From the NCBI GenBank assembly GCA_963764625.1, contig CAVXTH010000006.1, positions 384,001 through 448,000 on the forward strand: DNA of 64,000 bases, written 5' to 3'. This DNA comes from Candidatus Krumholzibacteriota bacterium. GTDB lineage: Bacteria > Krumholzibacteriota > Krumholzibacteriia > JAJRXK01. The notes below the pieces were generated by a model, which searched no databases, was not told the DNA's origin, and worked only from the letters and a program-made list of their open reading frames with translations. Positions 20,186 through 30,392 of the stretch are shown one piece after another. Position 1 is the stretch's first letter; every line of letters starts with the position of its first letter. The position numbers were made by a program, and so were the translations under genes.

Positions 20186-22854
20186 CTATTTTGCGATGAC
20201 CGTGATCAGGGGGCCAACCTCGAGGTAATACGTCGCCGCATTTCCCACTGCTACGGGCTTCACCGCGCGGAGTCCCTCCGCTTCCTCGGCGGAGAAGCCG
20301 ATGCCGCCCTCCAAGTACGCGTCGCGCGAGAGCGCGAAAGCCTGGCCCATGCTGGTCATGGTTCGCATGCGGAGCCGGCCCAGGCGCGAATTCACCGCGG
20401 TCTCGATCTCCTCCGGGCTCACCTGGAGCGACTTCACGATCATGTAGTCTTTCATGGCGGCCTCGGCCTCTATCGAGATTTTTCGGCTGAGTCCCCATCG
20501 AGGCGCTGATGATGGCGCGCGTCTCCCAGGAACTGGGTTCCGATCCCCAAGCTGTAGGCGAGTCCGCGCGTTTCGCGCAGGTCCTGTTGCATGCGATCGC
20601 TCAGCACCATCACCGCCACTTCCAGAGCCCAACGGTCTTCGGGTTGCACTGAGATGACCCTTCCCATCCGAATGGTGGACTGAGCGCCGCCCACTTCGAT
20701 CACCTCGCGGCTCGTGTCGGCGGTGAGCGGCGGCTGCGCCAAAGAACCGGCAGGTGGAGCCTCGTTCGAAGGCTTGGTGTGGAAGGCGGTGCAGATCTTT
20801 TCCAGTGCGGTCTCGTAGGGCACGTCCCCCACGATGGCGAGGACCAGGTGCTCAGGGGCCAGGTACTTCGGCGCGAAGGCGCTGATCTCCTCCAGCGTGA
20901 TCGACTGCAGCGTCTGCATGGTGGGCAGGACCGGGTCCGCCAGGGGGTGATTCGGGTAGAGAAGCTGGGCCAGCCGCGCCGAAGAGAGCGAGCTGGACGA
21001 CTTCGACCGCCGTCCGATGACTCCCGAAAGCTGTGCACGTACGTCCGCCAACGCCGATTCGTCGTCGAACGAACGGGAACACATTTTCGCCATGAGATCG
21101 ATCGCGTCGAGATAGAATTCGTCGGTCACCGCCAGGCGCACGAAGGAATAGAGCGGCGTGGTGTAGTAGTCGTCGAAGGGAATCCAGGGGTTGTCGGCCA
21201 CTTTCAATTCCGCGCCAATCCGGTCCTGGAGGGGCGACGCTCCGCCCGGAGGAAGCAGACGGTGGAGGACGTCGGCGATTCCATGCCGGTCCGCGGGTTC
21301 ACGACCACTGCGGTTCTTCACTAGAAGGTGCAGAGCAACCATCCGCGTGCCGGTCGATGCGGAGTGAATCAGAGTCATGCCATTCTGAAGGACGGTGACG
21401 CGGGGAGCTTGGTCAGCCTGAAGCGTAGGCGGCAAATGGCGCGGGGGAGGGCCTTTCAGCTTGTCGTTCATCGCATTCAACGAATCCACGAGCTTCGGAA
21501 GGGCAGTGAGTCCGTCCGCCCCCTCGAAGTGGGGAAGGTCGGGACCGGCCGCGGTGAACACGAGTCCGAGCGGCAGTAGGCGATCCCGAGCGTACGAAAC
21601 GAGATCGGCCGGTGTCACCTGCTCCACAGCATCCAGATACGCATTGAGGAAGTCCGCGTCCATCGACCAGAGCCGGTCTCCGTGGAAGAGTGCGTAGTAG
21701 TGCAGCTGTTCGAGCTGCGATATTTCCGCGGACAAAAGTCGCGTCCGCGCGGCTTCCACTTCGGCTTCTTCGAGGTGACCGAGACTGGACCACGCGCTCG
21801 CCATGCGCTGGAAGACGTCGCCCAGCGAGGATCCCTCGGCGAAGCGCGCTTCCATCTGAAGCATCATCTTGCCGCCGATCCACTGCAGGCTGGCACTGCT
21901 GCTCTGCACCTCGACCGCGGGCTTCAGGTCGAGCATGCGGCTGAGGCGATGCTGTTCGCCTCCGCCCAAAATCTCCTGAAGAAGGGCCAGGCACGCGTGT
22001 TCCTTCGCGTCGTGAGCCTCTACCACCACCGAGGCCTTCGCGCTGACCGAAGGGGCAGGAACCTCTGTCGTCGCCACCGTCGAGGCGCTCTCGCTGCCGA
22101 GTTTCAGGATGGGGGCGGGAATGGGTAGCTCGGCGGGTGGGGTCGTAGTTTGAAAGAACTGTTTCACGAGGCCAAGGGCCTCGTCCGGGTCAAAATCCCC
22201 CATCAGGATGAGACGCATGTTCGCCGGCACGTATTGCCGCTTGTAGTACTCGAGCACCACATCGTGCGGCAGGGCGGCGATCGTGGCCGGCGTGCCCAAG
22301 ACCGCTCGCGCGAACGCAGGGTCCCCCTCGTGCAAGAGTGAATCGAGAGCGGTCGAAATCCGATCGTCCGGATTGTCCATGTCCTTCGCGATTTCCTCGA
22401 TGACGATGCCGCGTTCCTTCTCGAACTTCGCAGGGGGAAGAATGGAGTGCAGAAGCATGTCCGACTGGAGATCGAGCGCTTCTGCGAGTTTCTCCTTGGG
22501 GGCCACCATCATGAAGTGCGTGTACTCTCGGCGCGTGGTCGCGTTGTTGTAGGCGCCGATGCGATCGGCGAACGCGTAGATCTCCTCCTGGGTACGTCGA
22601 GTCGTCCCATTGAAAAGCAGGTGCTCGAGAAAATGGGAAGAACCCGCATAGCGGTCTTCCTCCCGGCTGGCGCCCGCTCCCACGAAGACGTTCGAGGCGA
22701 TCAATCCGCTGCCCGGACGCGAAAGGAAAATTACCTGCAGACCGTTGGGCAGCTGGACCGCTTTGAGCGGAACGGCATGCCCGGCGCGAGGAAAAAGAGC
22801 AGAGGAAGCAAGAAGGAGGATCGTGGAAAGTACGAGGGAAGGCCGCCGCCGCAT
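20186..22854 (-). CDS. Secreted M16 (pitrilysin-like) zinc protease, with two apparent frameshifts near 20520 and 20470
   Basis: Signal peptide, LPNGL, HFLEHLLFNGT, NATT, KERGIVIEE, LRETRGLAYS; C-terminus continues through other frames to 20186. Confidence 0.85.
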
Positions 22855-22993
22855 GCTGTTCTCCCGTGAGAGTGCCCGTGAGTGGGGTGGATTGGACGAA
22901 TCCTCGCCATTATCGAGCAGCGATCGGCGGGTTCCAAGCAATTTGTTGGTGGAGGGGTAGCCGCGAAGGCCCAGTGCGATGCGCGGTGGGCGG

Positions 22994-25715
22994 TCAGTCG
23001 GTGAGGGCCGGACTGGCTTCGACTTCGACCTGCAACTTCACCAGCTCCGCGCCGGCCGGAACGCTCAACTCGCGAGGACTCTCCTTCGCCACGCTTAACT
23101 TGCGAGAGTGAAGCCATTCCTGGTGTACCACGATGCGATACTTTCCCGGAGCGACTCCCATCAAATAGAACTCACCGTCGTGAAAGCTCTTTGCTTCATA
23201 ACTCCGGTGTCCGCCGATCTGCTCCAGCCGCACCGGCACCGAACCGGTGGGATGAAGAGCGTCTCCATCGCGAGTGTAAGCGGAACCCTCCAGTTCGACT
23301 CCCATTACGAGCGGCAGATCCAGCGTTCGATATCCATTGGGTGAGATCGGCGCCGCCGCGCGTTCGAAGACGGGGATCAGCAGCGGATTCTTCAGGGAGG
23401 ATTTCTGCACCTGAATCTTCGCGGCTTCGAAAGGCACGAGGTTCCACACCGAATAGCGACCATACTCGTCGGTCGTAACCGTCTCGTCACCGACGAGCAG
23501 TTGCACCCCCGGCATTCCGGACTCACCCGCGTCCAGGATCCCGTCTCCGTTGCGGTCGAGAAACACCGTCCCACTGATCCCGCCCTGACCGATGGTCTTG
23601 AAGGGAAAGGCCTGAATGCGATTGCTGCCCGGGTTGTAGATCATCGAACCCTCGGCATGCAGTCCCGCGCTCGTGTTGCCGTCGGGATCACGCCGGAACT
23701 GAGTGCTGCTGTATGCTTGTCCGCCAGTTGCGGTGATGCCGATGGTTAGAAGCGGCTCCCTCTGCGAGCGGAGCCATAGGCCTCCCAGCTCGACTCGGGC
23801 CGATCTTCCGATCCGCCGCGCCACCAGCGCTTGGAACCAATCGGAGTTCGCGACGCCAGTGTCCACCTCGCCCTGGAATCGAAGCTGAAGGCCGTGCAAG
23901 AGGCCCAGGCGGCGTGTATTGAGGATCTTGGAGGCCTGGAAGCTGACGCTGTTGCCCCGCTGGGTATCCACCGGGCCCTTGTCCCATTCCTCGTTCCACT
24001 GAAGACCGCCACGGATTCCCCCCAGACAGAACGGTCGCACCCCAGCTCGCGCGAAGGTTCACATCGTCTTCGTAGCGATGACGCTGTCCGTCGAAGGTCA
24101 GGAAGAGGTTGCGCTGATGGTGAAAGGGACGATAGAAAAATGAACCGATGCTTCGTTGTTTTTCCAGCCGGCTTCCGACGGCGGGAGTGAAGTAGTCCTG
24201 GCTCGAGAGGCTCTCGTCGAAGGAGACTCGATCGAAGCGGGTGTGTTCCGCCGATAGGCGCAGATCGCCGTTCGGTTCGATGCTGGCGACCCCGCGCCAC
24301 CAGGCATCGTGGACGCGCTCGGCGAAAACGTGCAGGGCGTTGATCGGAGAAGAGCTGAGAGACAGATAGGGATGGTGCTCGTCCGGCGCGTCGCTTCTGT
24401 GATAGCTCTCGTACCCGCCACGCACCGTCCATCGTTCGCTGACTCCGTAGCGGAGATCGAGTTCGAGCATGTCCTCGTTCGCGTGGTTCTCGACCCGCCC
24501 CGCGCTGAAGTCATACTCGAGATGGTGGGCCGGGAGACGATCGAAGTCGACGCGGACCGCCCGGCGCGTGATCTGCAGTTCCCCGTGCGGTCCATAGGCC
24601 CGGATCTCGACCGGGTTCTGACCGTAATCGAGGGGCACCACGAATTCCCAACGACCGCGATCGTCGACCCGGTCCCAGGCCAGAAGTCGTCCATCGCGGT
24701 AGATCTCCACTTCCCAGCCGGGGTCGAGGCGACCGCGGAGCACGACTCGTCCGAAATCACTGCTTCGCAGAAAGGGAGAGTTCCCCAGGCTGACCCCGGT
24801 GATCGCGCGCGGGCGGGGGCCGCCGCTCAGAGTGCGGCCCAGAGAGAGTTGGCGCAGCCAATTCTGCTGGGGCCACACCCCCTGCCAACGAGCGTCCAGC
24901 CTCTCCAGTCCGTGCCCGTCCATGCGGCCTCGATAGCGCAGGTCGAGACCGCCTCCCAAAGCACTGCCCCCGAAGCTCGTGGCGTACGAGCTGATCTCGG
25001 GGCGGTCGAGGCTAGGAGAGCTGAGATCCCAGTCGAGGGTGGCGCCCGACCACGCGTCGACCTTCGGCTCGAGAACGAGATCCGGCTCGATCGATTTTGC
25101 CGCCTCCAGGCGACGCAGACGTTCGCGGCGCAAGCGCCGTCCGAGGGGAAGCCGGTCGACGGGATCGAAGGTGACGGTCATCTCGCTGAGATCCTCGTAC
25201 ACCTGCGTATCCAGGAGCCAGGCCATGACTGCGGTGGAGGCATAGAGCTGGCCCTGGTAGACGAAGAGTTCGTGGGCGCGCAACTGGCGCCAGGCCGAGT
25301 CGCGATTCGCTCTTCTCGAGAACGGATCCAGCGACAAATGCCGGTGCCCCGGTTCGAGGAAGCCTCGAAGCTGGAGAGTGCTGTCGACCGAAGCATCGAG
25401 CTCGACGAGACGGCACAGGACGAGCGCCGGCACCCACACGCGACCATCCGCGAGGTAGGCCGGCTGAGTATCGCGTGCTTCCTGCCCCGCCCGTAGCTCG
25501 ACGATGATCTCCTGGAAGCCGCTGGTGGCGGGATCTTGCAAAACAGGGGAAGCGATCGAGTCGGGGGCCGCCGCCGAGTTCACGGGTTGAAGCGTGGCAT
25601 GGCTTGGGGCGGCGACCAGCAGAGAGCAGCAGGCAAGCCAAAGTGCGAAGGAAAGAATCCCCGATTCTCGCGTTCCCACTCTCGCCCCTGACATTCTTGC
25701 CGATTCGTTCATCAC
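22994..25715 (-). CDS. Usher-like outer-membrane pilus assembly protein, frameshifted at a G6 tract (24018-24023)
   Basis: Signal peptide, plug-like motif GWEVEIYRDG...VPLDYGQNPVEIRAYGPHGE, beta-barrel strands, C-terminal GTVFLDRNGDG...TTDEYGRY and carboxypeptidase-regulatory-like domains; downstream of chaperone and pilin genes. Confidence 0.75.
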
Positions 25716-25740
25716 CGCTCGGTTCGTCTGGTATCCGGTT

Positions 25741-26622
25741 TTACTCGCCTCGTTGGGTGGCTGGAATCGGTCTTTCGTAGATCAGAGCCATGCTGCGCAT
25801 GACCGCCACGCTCGCGAGAATCCCCTCGGGGGGAAGGTCTTCCCGGTCGGTATCCAGTCTCACCGAGATCGTATAGCGTCCGGGCAGAGGGGGGGCCTGC
25901 AGTGGCAGCTCCAGGCTGCGCTGCAGGTCTTCGTAGACCGCTACTGCGCGGTTCCAGCGTTGCACTTCATGACCGCCCGCGTCGCTCAGCACCGCGTCGA
26001 CCTGGCCCAGCCAGGCGGCGTTCCCGGTGCGATGCAGGTCCAACTCCAGCTTGACCGCTGCGCTGTCGACCGTGGCGCGGAGGTGCCGCAAATCGACACC
26101 GGTGTTCACTCTGCCCTTGCGATAGTTCAGAGAGATGATGGTTCGGGTGGCCAGCGCGAGACCGACTTGCACTCCCTCGCTTTGCTCGAGCTTGTGCGCG
26201 ACCGGCGCTTTCTGCGAATTCACGATGACCCGGCTCCAGTATTCACCGTCGGCCAGTCCCGCGGGGGGACGCGCCAGCAGGCGGATCGCCTGTCTCTGTC
26301 CCGGGATGAGGAGCACGCGTTTCGGAAGAGCTTTGACCCACGAGGCGCAGGACGGCTCCGTGGCCCCGGGATGGTCGTCGAGAAAGACCCTGACTCCGCC
26401 ACTCCCGTCCCCGCGGGGATAGCCGTAACTGAGTTCCACCGTGACTTCCACCGGGACCTCCTCCGTGTTGTACACGTAGAGTACGGTCGAGCGGGTCTGG
26501 TGATCGATGAACAGCGCGTGAGGTGCCACGAGGACTGCGTGCGAATCGCTTGCGACGAGGCTCCACAGGAGGATCAGACAGAACACGAAGAGGAGGGAAG
26601 AGCGGCGATGTTGCCGTCGCAA
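25741..26622 (-). CDS. Periplasmic pilus chaperone, PapD-like
   Basis: Signal peptide, VLVAPHALFI, PKRVLLIPGQRQAIRL, GLADGEYWSR, GNA motif. An out-of-frame ATG at 26665 with a G-rich RBS may be the true start if there is an indel. Confidence 0.78.
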   Translation of the reverse strand: MRRQHRRSSLLFVFCLILLWSLVASDSHAVLVAPHALFIDHQTRSTVLYVYNTEEVPVEVTVELSYGYPRGDGSGGVRVFLDDHPGATEPSCASWVKALPKRVLLIPGQRQAIRLLARPPAGLADGEYWSRVIVNSQKAPVAHKLEQSEGVQVGLALATRTIISLNYRKGRVNTGVDLRHLRATVDSAAVKLELDLHRTGNAAWLGQVDAVLSDAGGHEVQRWNRAVAVYEDLQRSLELPLQAPPLPGRYTISVRLDTDREDLPPEGILASVAVMRSMALIYERPIPATQRGE

Positions 26623-26685
26623 TTTGTTTTGCCGAGCTCTTCCGCAAAATTGAATTCATGTTCATGGCGTCCCCCCCGGGATGCG

Positions 26686-27204
26686 TCAGTTGCCGGTGTA
26701 GATCACGTCGAGAACGATGTCCGCGACGTAATCTCCTGGCTGTTGATTCGGCGGTGGATTGAGCGTTCCCCCGATCCAGACACTCAGATGACCGCTGTTC
26801 TGATCCAGTCGCACCGCGATCCCCGCGCTGGGATCGAAGCTCGTGGCTCCGCTCGACTGGTTCTTCGTGTTGTAGGCCGCGTCGTTCCCCGAGAACGAGA
26901 TGGGCATCGAATTGCCTCCGTTCTGCAGAGAAGTGGGAAGATTCGTGAAGTCGAGAAAGACCTCTGCTCCCGGCTCTCCCTGGATGAACCAGCGTCCGGC
27001 CGTATTGGAGGACCAACTCACGGTGCTGGGAATTCCGGCAATGACGGTGCCGAAACGCAGATCTCCCCGATCACGGATCCGGATCGGACCGTTGCCCCGG
27101 TTTCCCCCCGGTGCATTGGGGGGGAGGTCCGCCTGAGCGACCTCCCCCGAGAACGAGAGGACGCCGAGGAACAGGATGAATCCCGCCACGGCGCGTCGAT
27201 GCAT
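26686..27204 (-). CDS. DUF4402-like minor pilin
   Basis: Signal peptide, DLRFG, VWIGGTL..PPNQQPGDY...LDVIYTGN; clear paralog of the upstream pilin. Confidence 0.8.
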   Translation of the reverse strand: MHRRAVAGFILFLGVLSFSGEVAQADLPPNAPGGNRGNGPIRIRDRGDLRFGTVIAGIPSTVSWSSNTAGRWFIQGEPGAEVFLDFTNLPTSLQNGGNSMPISFSGNDAAYNTKNQSSGATSFDPSAGIAVRLDQNSGHLSVWIGGTLNPPPNQQPGDYVADIVLDVIYTGN

Positions 27205-27208
27205 GGAA

Positions 27209-27709
27209 TTAGTTCCCCGTGTACACCACGTCGAGGCTGACGGTGGCCGTGTAGACTCCGGCCACCTGATTTGCCGCCGGGGCCACCGTGCCGCCGAGCC
27301 AGACGAAGCTTTGACCGAGGATGCTGAGCACCTCGGTGTCACCGCTGGCCGGATCGAAGGGCACGGCGCTGCCGACCACGTCCGTGGCGAACCAACCGGC
27401 ATCGGTGGCGGAGAAGTTGATGGGCATGGTGTTCGCGCCAAAGCTCAGGTTGGCGGGAAGCGTGAAGGACATCTGAACTTCCTTTGACGCCTCACCGTCG
27501 ATGCGCCACTTGCCCGAGGTCGCGTCGGTCAGGGCGATGGACTTGTTCAATCCCGGGAACACGTCACCGAAATCGAGATCACGCAGGCCGGATGTGACGC
27601 TCAACGGGGTGAGCACGTTGGCCGTGGCGTTGATGGTGCCCGAAACGGCGAACGCCGAGGCGGGCATGATCAGGGCCATTACGATGGCCGCGGCAAGAAT
27701 CCTCTTCAT
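27209..27709 (-). CDS. DUF4402-like major pilin
   Basis: Signal peptide ASAFA, N-terminal strand SGTINATANVLTPL, DLDFG, VWLGGTV..AANQVAGVY...LDVVYTGN; strong RBS AAGGAG. Confidence 0.85.
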   Translation of the reverse strand: MKRILAAAIVMALIMPASAFAVSGTINATANVLTPLSVTSGLRDLDFGDVFPGLNKSIALTDATSGKWRIDGEASKEVQMSFTLPANLSFGANTMPINFSATDAGWFATDVVGSAVPFDPASGDTEVLSILGQSFVWLGGTVAPAANQVAGVYTATVSLDVVYTGN

Positions 27710-27734
27710 CTTTCAGGTCTCCTTGAAGAACGCG

Positions 27735-27757
27735 AAAAAAATGCCCTCTTCGGACAC
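27735..27757 (-). terminator. Terminator-like hairpin with U7 tract in the pilin 5' leader (possible attenuator)
   Basis: Minus strand GTGTCC-GAAGA-GGGCAT-TTTTTT just upstream of the pilin RBS. Confidence 0.4.
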
Positions 27758-27914
27758 TCTCGCGCTCGAGTGAGTGACTCGTGATCTAGTCCCCCGGCCT
27801 CCGGCGCTGACCGGTTTGCCCCAGGAGACGTGCGATGTGGTACCCTTAAAGGGTCCGCCGTGAAATCGCTTCGGGCCTAGACCCGAGGACGCATTCCATT
27901 GCAGACGAGGCCTT

Positions 27915-27930
27915 TGCAGCCCGCGTGCCG
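27915..27930 (-). promoter_or_regulatory. sigma54 (-24/-12) promoter of the pilus operon
   Basis: Minus strand CGGCACG-cggg-CTGCA matches GG-N10-GC, about 205 nt upstream of the pilin ATG. Confidence 0.65.
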
Positions 27931-28059
27931 GGAACCGGTAGTTCAGCGTAAGTACTTGGGGGGAAATAGCTTATGTTCGAATCAGGGAGTGGATTCCCCC
28001 TCGCGGAATCCGGGGAAATCCTGGCAAGGCTTGGTGCAGGGTGCTCAATCCCTCCCCAA

Positions 28060-28410
28060 ATGCCCGATGGGGCCCTCACCGGGCGGAAACGGCCCCGGTG
28101 GCTTTGCTGGATGGGTGCGGCTCTCATGCTGGCGCTCGTGGTGATGGCGAGCCCGGGGAATGCCGAGCCGAGAGCGCGCGGGCAGATCATGGCACGCGCC
28201 CGCGTCCTGGCGCCGGTCGGACGACAAGAAATGCTGGCCTACCTGGCCCGCTGGGAAAGCGACCAAAGAGTGCAAAGCAGCGCGCGGGCACGCTTCGCCC
28301 AGGGGCCGTCCCAGCTCGAGGCAGTCGAAATCGATCATGATCGCCTGCGGATCCGCCTGCTGTACGACGAGGGAGAACCCTGTCTGCAGATCGAATCACT
28401 CGCCAACTGA
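28060..28410 (+). CDS. Small secreted protein with pilin-like N- and C-terminal strands
   Basis: Basic n-region plus hydrophobic h-region (RKRPRWLCWMGAALMLALVVMASPGNA), then RGQIMARARVLAPV and terminal LQIESLAN; start uncertain. Confidence 0.55.
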   Translation: MPDGALTGRKRPRWLCWMGAALMLALVVMASPGNAEPRARGQIMARARVLAPVGRQEMLAYLARWESDQRVQSSARARFAQGPSQLEAVEIDHDRLRIRLLYDEGEPCLQIESLAN

Positions 28411-28418
28411 GGGCGGGT

Positions 28419-29066
28419 TCACGACTTTTGCCACTCGAGCGTGGCGCGGGCTCCCGTCGCCTCACGGATCTCCTCGGCCAGACGCAGCGCGTGGGACCTG
28501 CGGATGTGAAGCAGGAGACTGGGCGCGGCCGAGAAGTCTCGCTCAACCGACTTCACCACCGAGCTCAAACGTGCCAGACTGGCTTCGACGGCCCCGAGAT
28601 CATCGAAGGAACAGTCCACCCGCAAAATGGCGTCGTGCCAAACCTCGAGCCGGGGTGCCGCTTGAAGCGCGCTCTGCGCTGCCTCTCCGTAGGTGCGCGC
28701 GAGCCCACCGCGCCCGAGCTTGGTTCCCCCGAAGTATCGGGTGACCACGATGAGAGCGTCGGTTAGCGTAGCTCTTTGGAGGGTGTGCAGGATGGGCGTG
28801 CCGGCGGTGCCGGAGGGTTCGCCGTCGTCGTTGCTCCGTTCCAGAAAAGAGCCGGCCGATTGCAGTCTCGACGCCCAGCAGTGATGGCTCGCGTCGTGGT
28901 AACGGCGCTGAACGAGCGAGATCCTTTCATGTACGATCTCTTCCCGTTCGGCGTGGAAGGCCTGCGAGAGAAATCGCGAGCCCTTGACGCGCAGCTCGAC
29001 CTCTTCTCCGTCCTCGATGGAGAGGGTCGAATCGGGTTCGTCGGGGGAAGGTGTGAAGGTCGTCAT
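28419..29066 (-). CDS. yigZ: YigZ/IMPACT family protein
   Basis: VKGSRF, ASHHCWA, DDGEPSGTAG, VTRYFGGTKLGRGGL.RTY. Confidence 0.92.
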   Translation of the reverse strand: MTTFTPSPDEPDSTLSIEDGEEVELRVKGSRFLSQAFHAEREEIVHERISLVQRRYHDASHHCWASRLQSAGSFLERSNDDGEPSGTAGTPILHTLQRATLTDALIVVTRYFGGTKLGRGGLARTYGEAAQSALQAAPRLEVWHDAILRVDCSFDDLGAVEASLARLSSVVKSVERDFSAAPSLLLHIRRSHALRLAEEIREATGARATLEWQKS

Positions 29067-29086
29067 CGTGACAAAGGCTCGGCGGA

Positions 29087-30313
29087 ATGAAGATTCTGAT
29101 CGTCAATAAATTCTACGACCTGCGAGGAGGCACTGAAAGGGTGATGTTCGACCTCCGTGACGGACTCACCGCGCGGGGTCACGAGGTCTTCCCTTTTTCC
29201 ATGCAGGATTCCCGTAACGAGCCCAGCGAGTGGTCGAGCTATTTCACACCTTCTCGCGACTACGACGCGCCCGGCCTTCTCACCAAGCTTCGTCAGGCCT
29301 GGTTGACCATCCACGATCCGCAGGCGAGTCGGTGCTTGGAAGAATTGCTCGAGCGCCAGCGACCCGATGTCGCGCATCTCCACAACATCTACCATCAGTT
29401 GAGCCCGTCGATTCTCGAACCCCTGACGCGGCGCGGCATTCCCGTGGTCATGACCTTGCACGACTACAAATTGGCGTGTCCCTCGTACACTTTGTTTCGC
29501 GACGGGAAGCCCTGTCAGAAGTGCGTGAAGCTGCAGATTCCCTTCTGGTGTGCGGTTCATTCGTGCTCGCGGGAGAGCCGGGCCGAGAGCATCGTTCTGA
29601 GCATCGAGTCGAGTGTGCATCGCTTACGCCGCGTCTATGAACGGGGAGTGAATCGTTTCGTCTGTCCCTCGCACACGGTGGCGGAGGTGATGCGCAAGCG
29701 GGGAATTCCCGCGGGGCAACTCGCCGTCATTCCCAACGCGCCGAAGCAAAGGGGTGAGATCGAAGCCTGGAGCGCGCGCTCACCCCAGCCCAGCGTACTC
29801 TACGCGGGGCGGCTCTCGCCCGAAAAGGGAGTCGAGGTCCTGGTGGACGCGGCACGGAACACACCGGGGGTGAAGATCAGGATCGCCGGGGATGGCCCCT
29901 CCGCCGCGAGTCTGCGCGAGCTCGCGGCCGGGCTGCCATGGGTCGAGTTTCTGGGGAAACTCGACCCGCTTGCGCTGCGCTTGGAGCGGGCCAAGGCCTG
30001 GGCCTGCGCCGTGCCGTCGATCTGTACCGAGAACGCGCCTCTCACCGTCCTGGAAAGTTTCGCGGCGGGGCGTGGAGCCCTCGTCTCCGACCGGGGAGGA
30101 CTTCGGGAGATGGTGGACGAGAGCACCGGGCGGCGGGTGGAAGCCGGGAATCGCGAGGCCTGGCGGGCGGCACTGGCGTGTCTGGGGACGGAGGAGAAAA
30201 CCTGGGGTGAGCGCGGGTTGGAAGCACGCCGCCGCCTGGAGCGAGACTTTTCCTTCCAACTGGTTCTCGACGCCTACGAGACATTGTTCGAAGAACTGGT
30301 TCGAGCTTCATGA
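29087..30313 (+). CDS. Glycosyltransferase family 4
   Basis: GGTERV, PDVAHLHNIYHQLSPS, TLHDYKLACP, YAGRLSPEKG, ENAPLTVLES. Confidence 0.9.
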   Translation: MKILIVNKFYDLRGGTERVMFDLRDGLTARGHEVFPFSMQDSRNEPSEWSSYFTPSRDYDAPGLLTKLRQAWLTIHDPQASRCLEELLERQRPDVAHLHNIYHQLSPSILEPLTRRGIPVVMTLHDYKLACPSYTLFRDGKPCQKCVKLQIPFWCAVHSCSRESRAESIVLSIESSVHRLRRVYERGVNRFVCPSHTVAEVMRKRGIPAGQLAVIPNAPKQRGEIEAWSARSPQPSVLYAGRLSPEKGVEVLVDAARNTPGVKIRIAGDGPSAASLRELAAGLPWVEFLGKLDPLALRLERAKAWACAVPSICTENAPLTVLESFAAGRGALVSDRGGLREMVDESTGRRVEAGNREAWRAALACLGTEEKTWGERGLEARRRLERDFSFQLVLDAYETLFEELVRAS

Positions 30314-30392
30314 AACGATTCGCGGAGGCTCCGCCTAGTGCTTTTCTTGAGTCGAGCGAACCCCCTTCACTCTGCTTCGTCGACGGTGAGTC

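Noticed and set aside
20186-20455. Apparent separate 89-aa gene (MKDYMIVKSL...)
   Set aside because: It reads as the missing C-terminal helices of the M16 protease once two frameshifts are corrected.
24018-24023. Phase variation of the usher through a G6 tract
   Set aside because: The tract is short and similar single-base shifts occur in many unrelated genes here, including fumC, so a homopolymer sequencing error is more likely. Reads would be needed to exclude it fully.
27790-27900. Canonical c-di-GMP-I or c-di-GMP-II riboswitch
   Set aside because: Only short fragments match, in the wrong order and without the GNRA-capped stem. Kept only as an unidentified leader.
28022-28038. sigma54 promoter for the divergent mini-pilin (TGGCA...TGCA)
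   Set aside because: The GG-to-GC spacing is 11 nt rather than the required 10.
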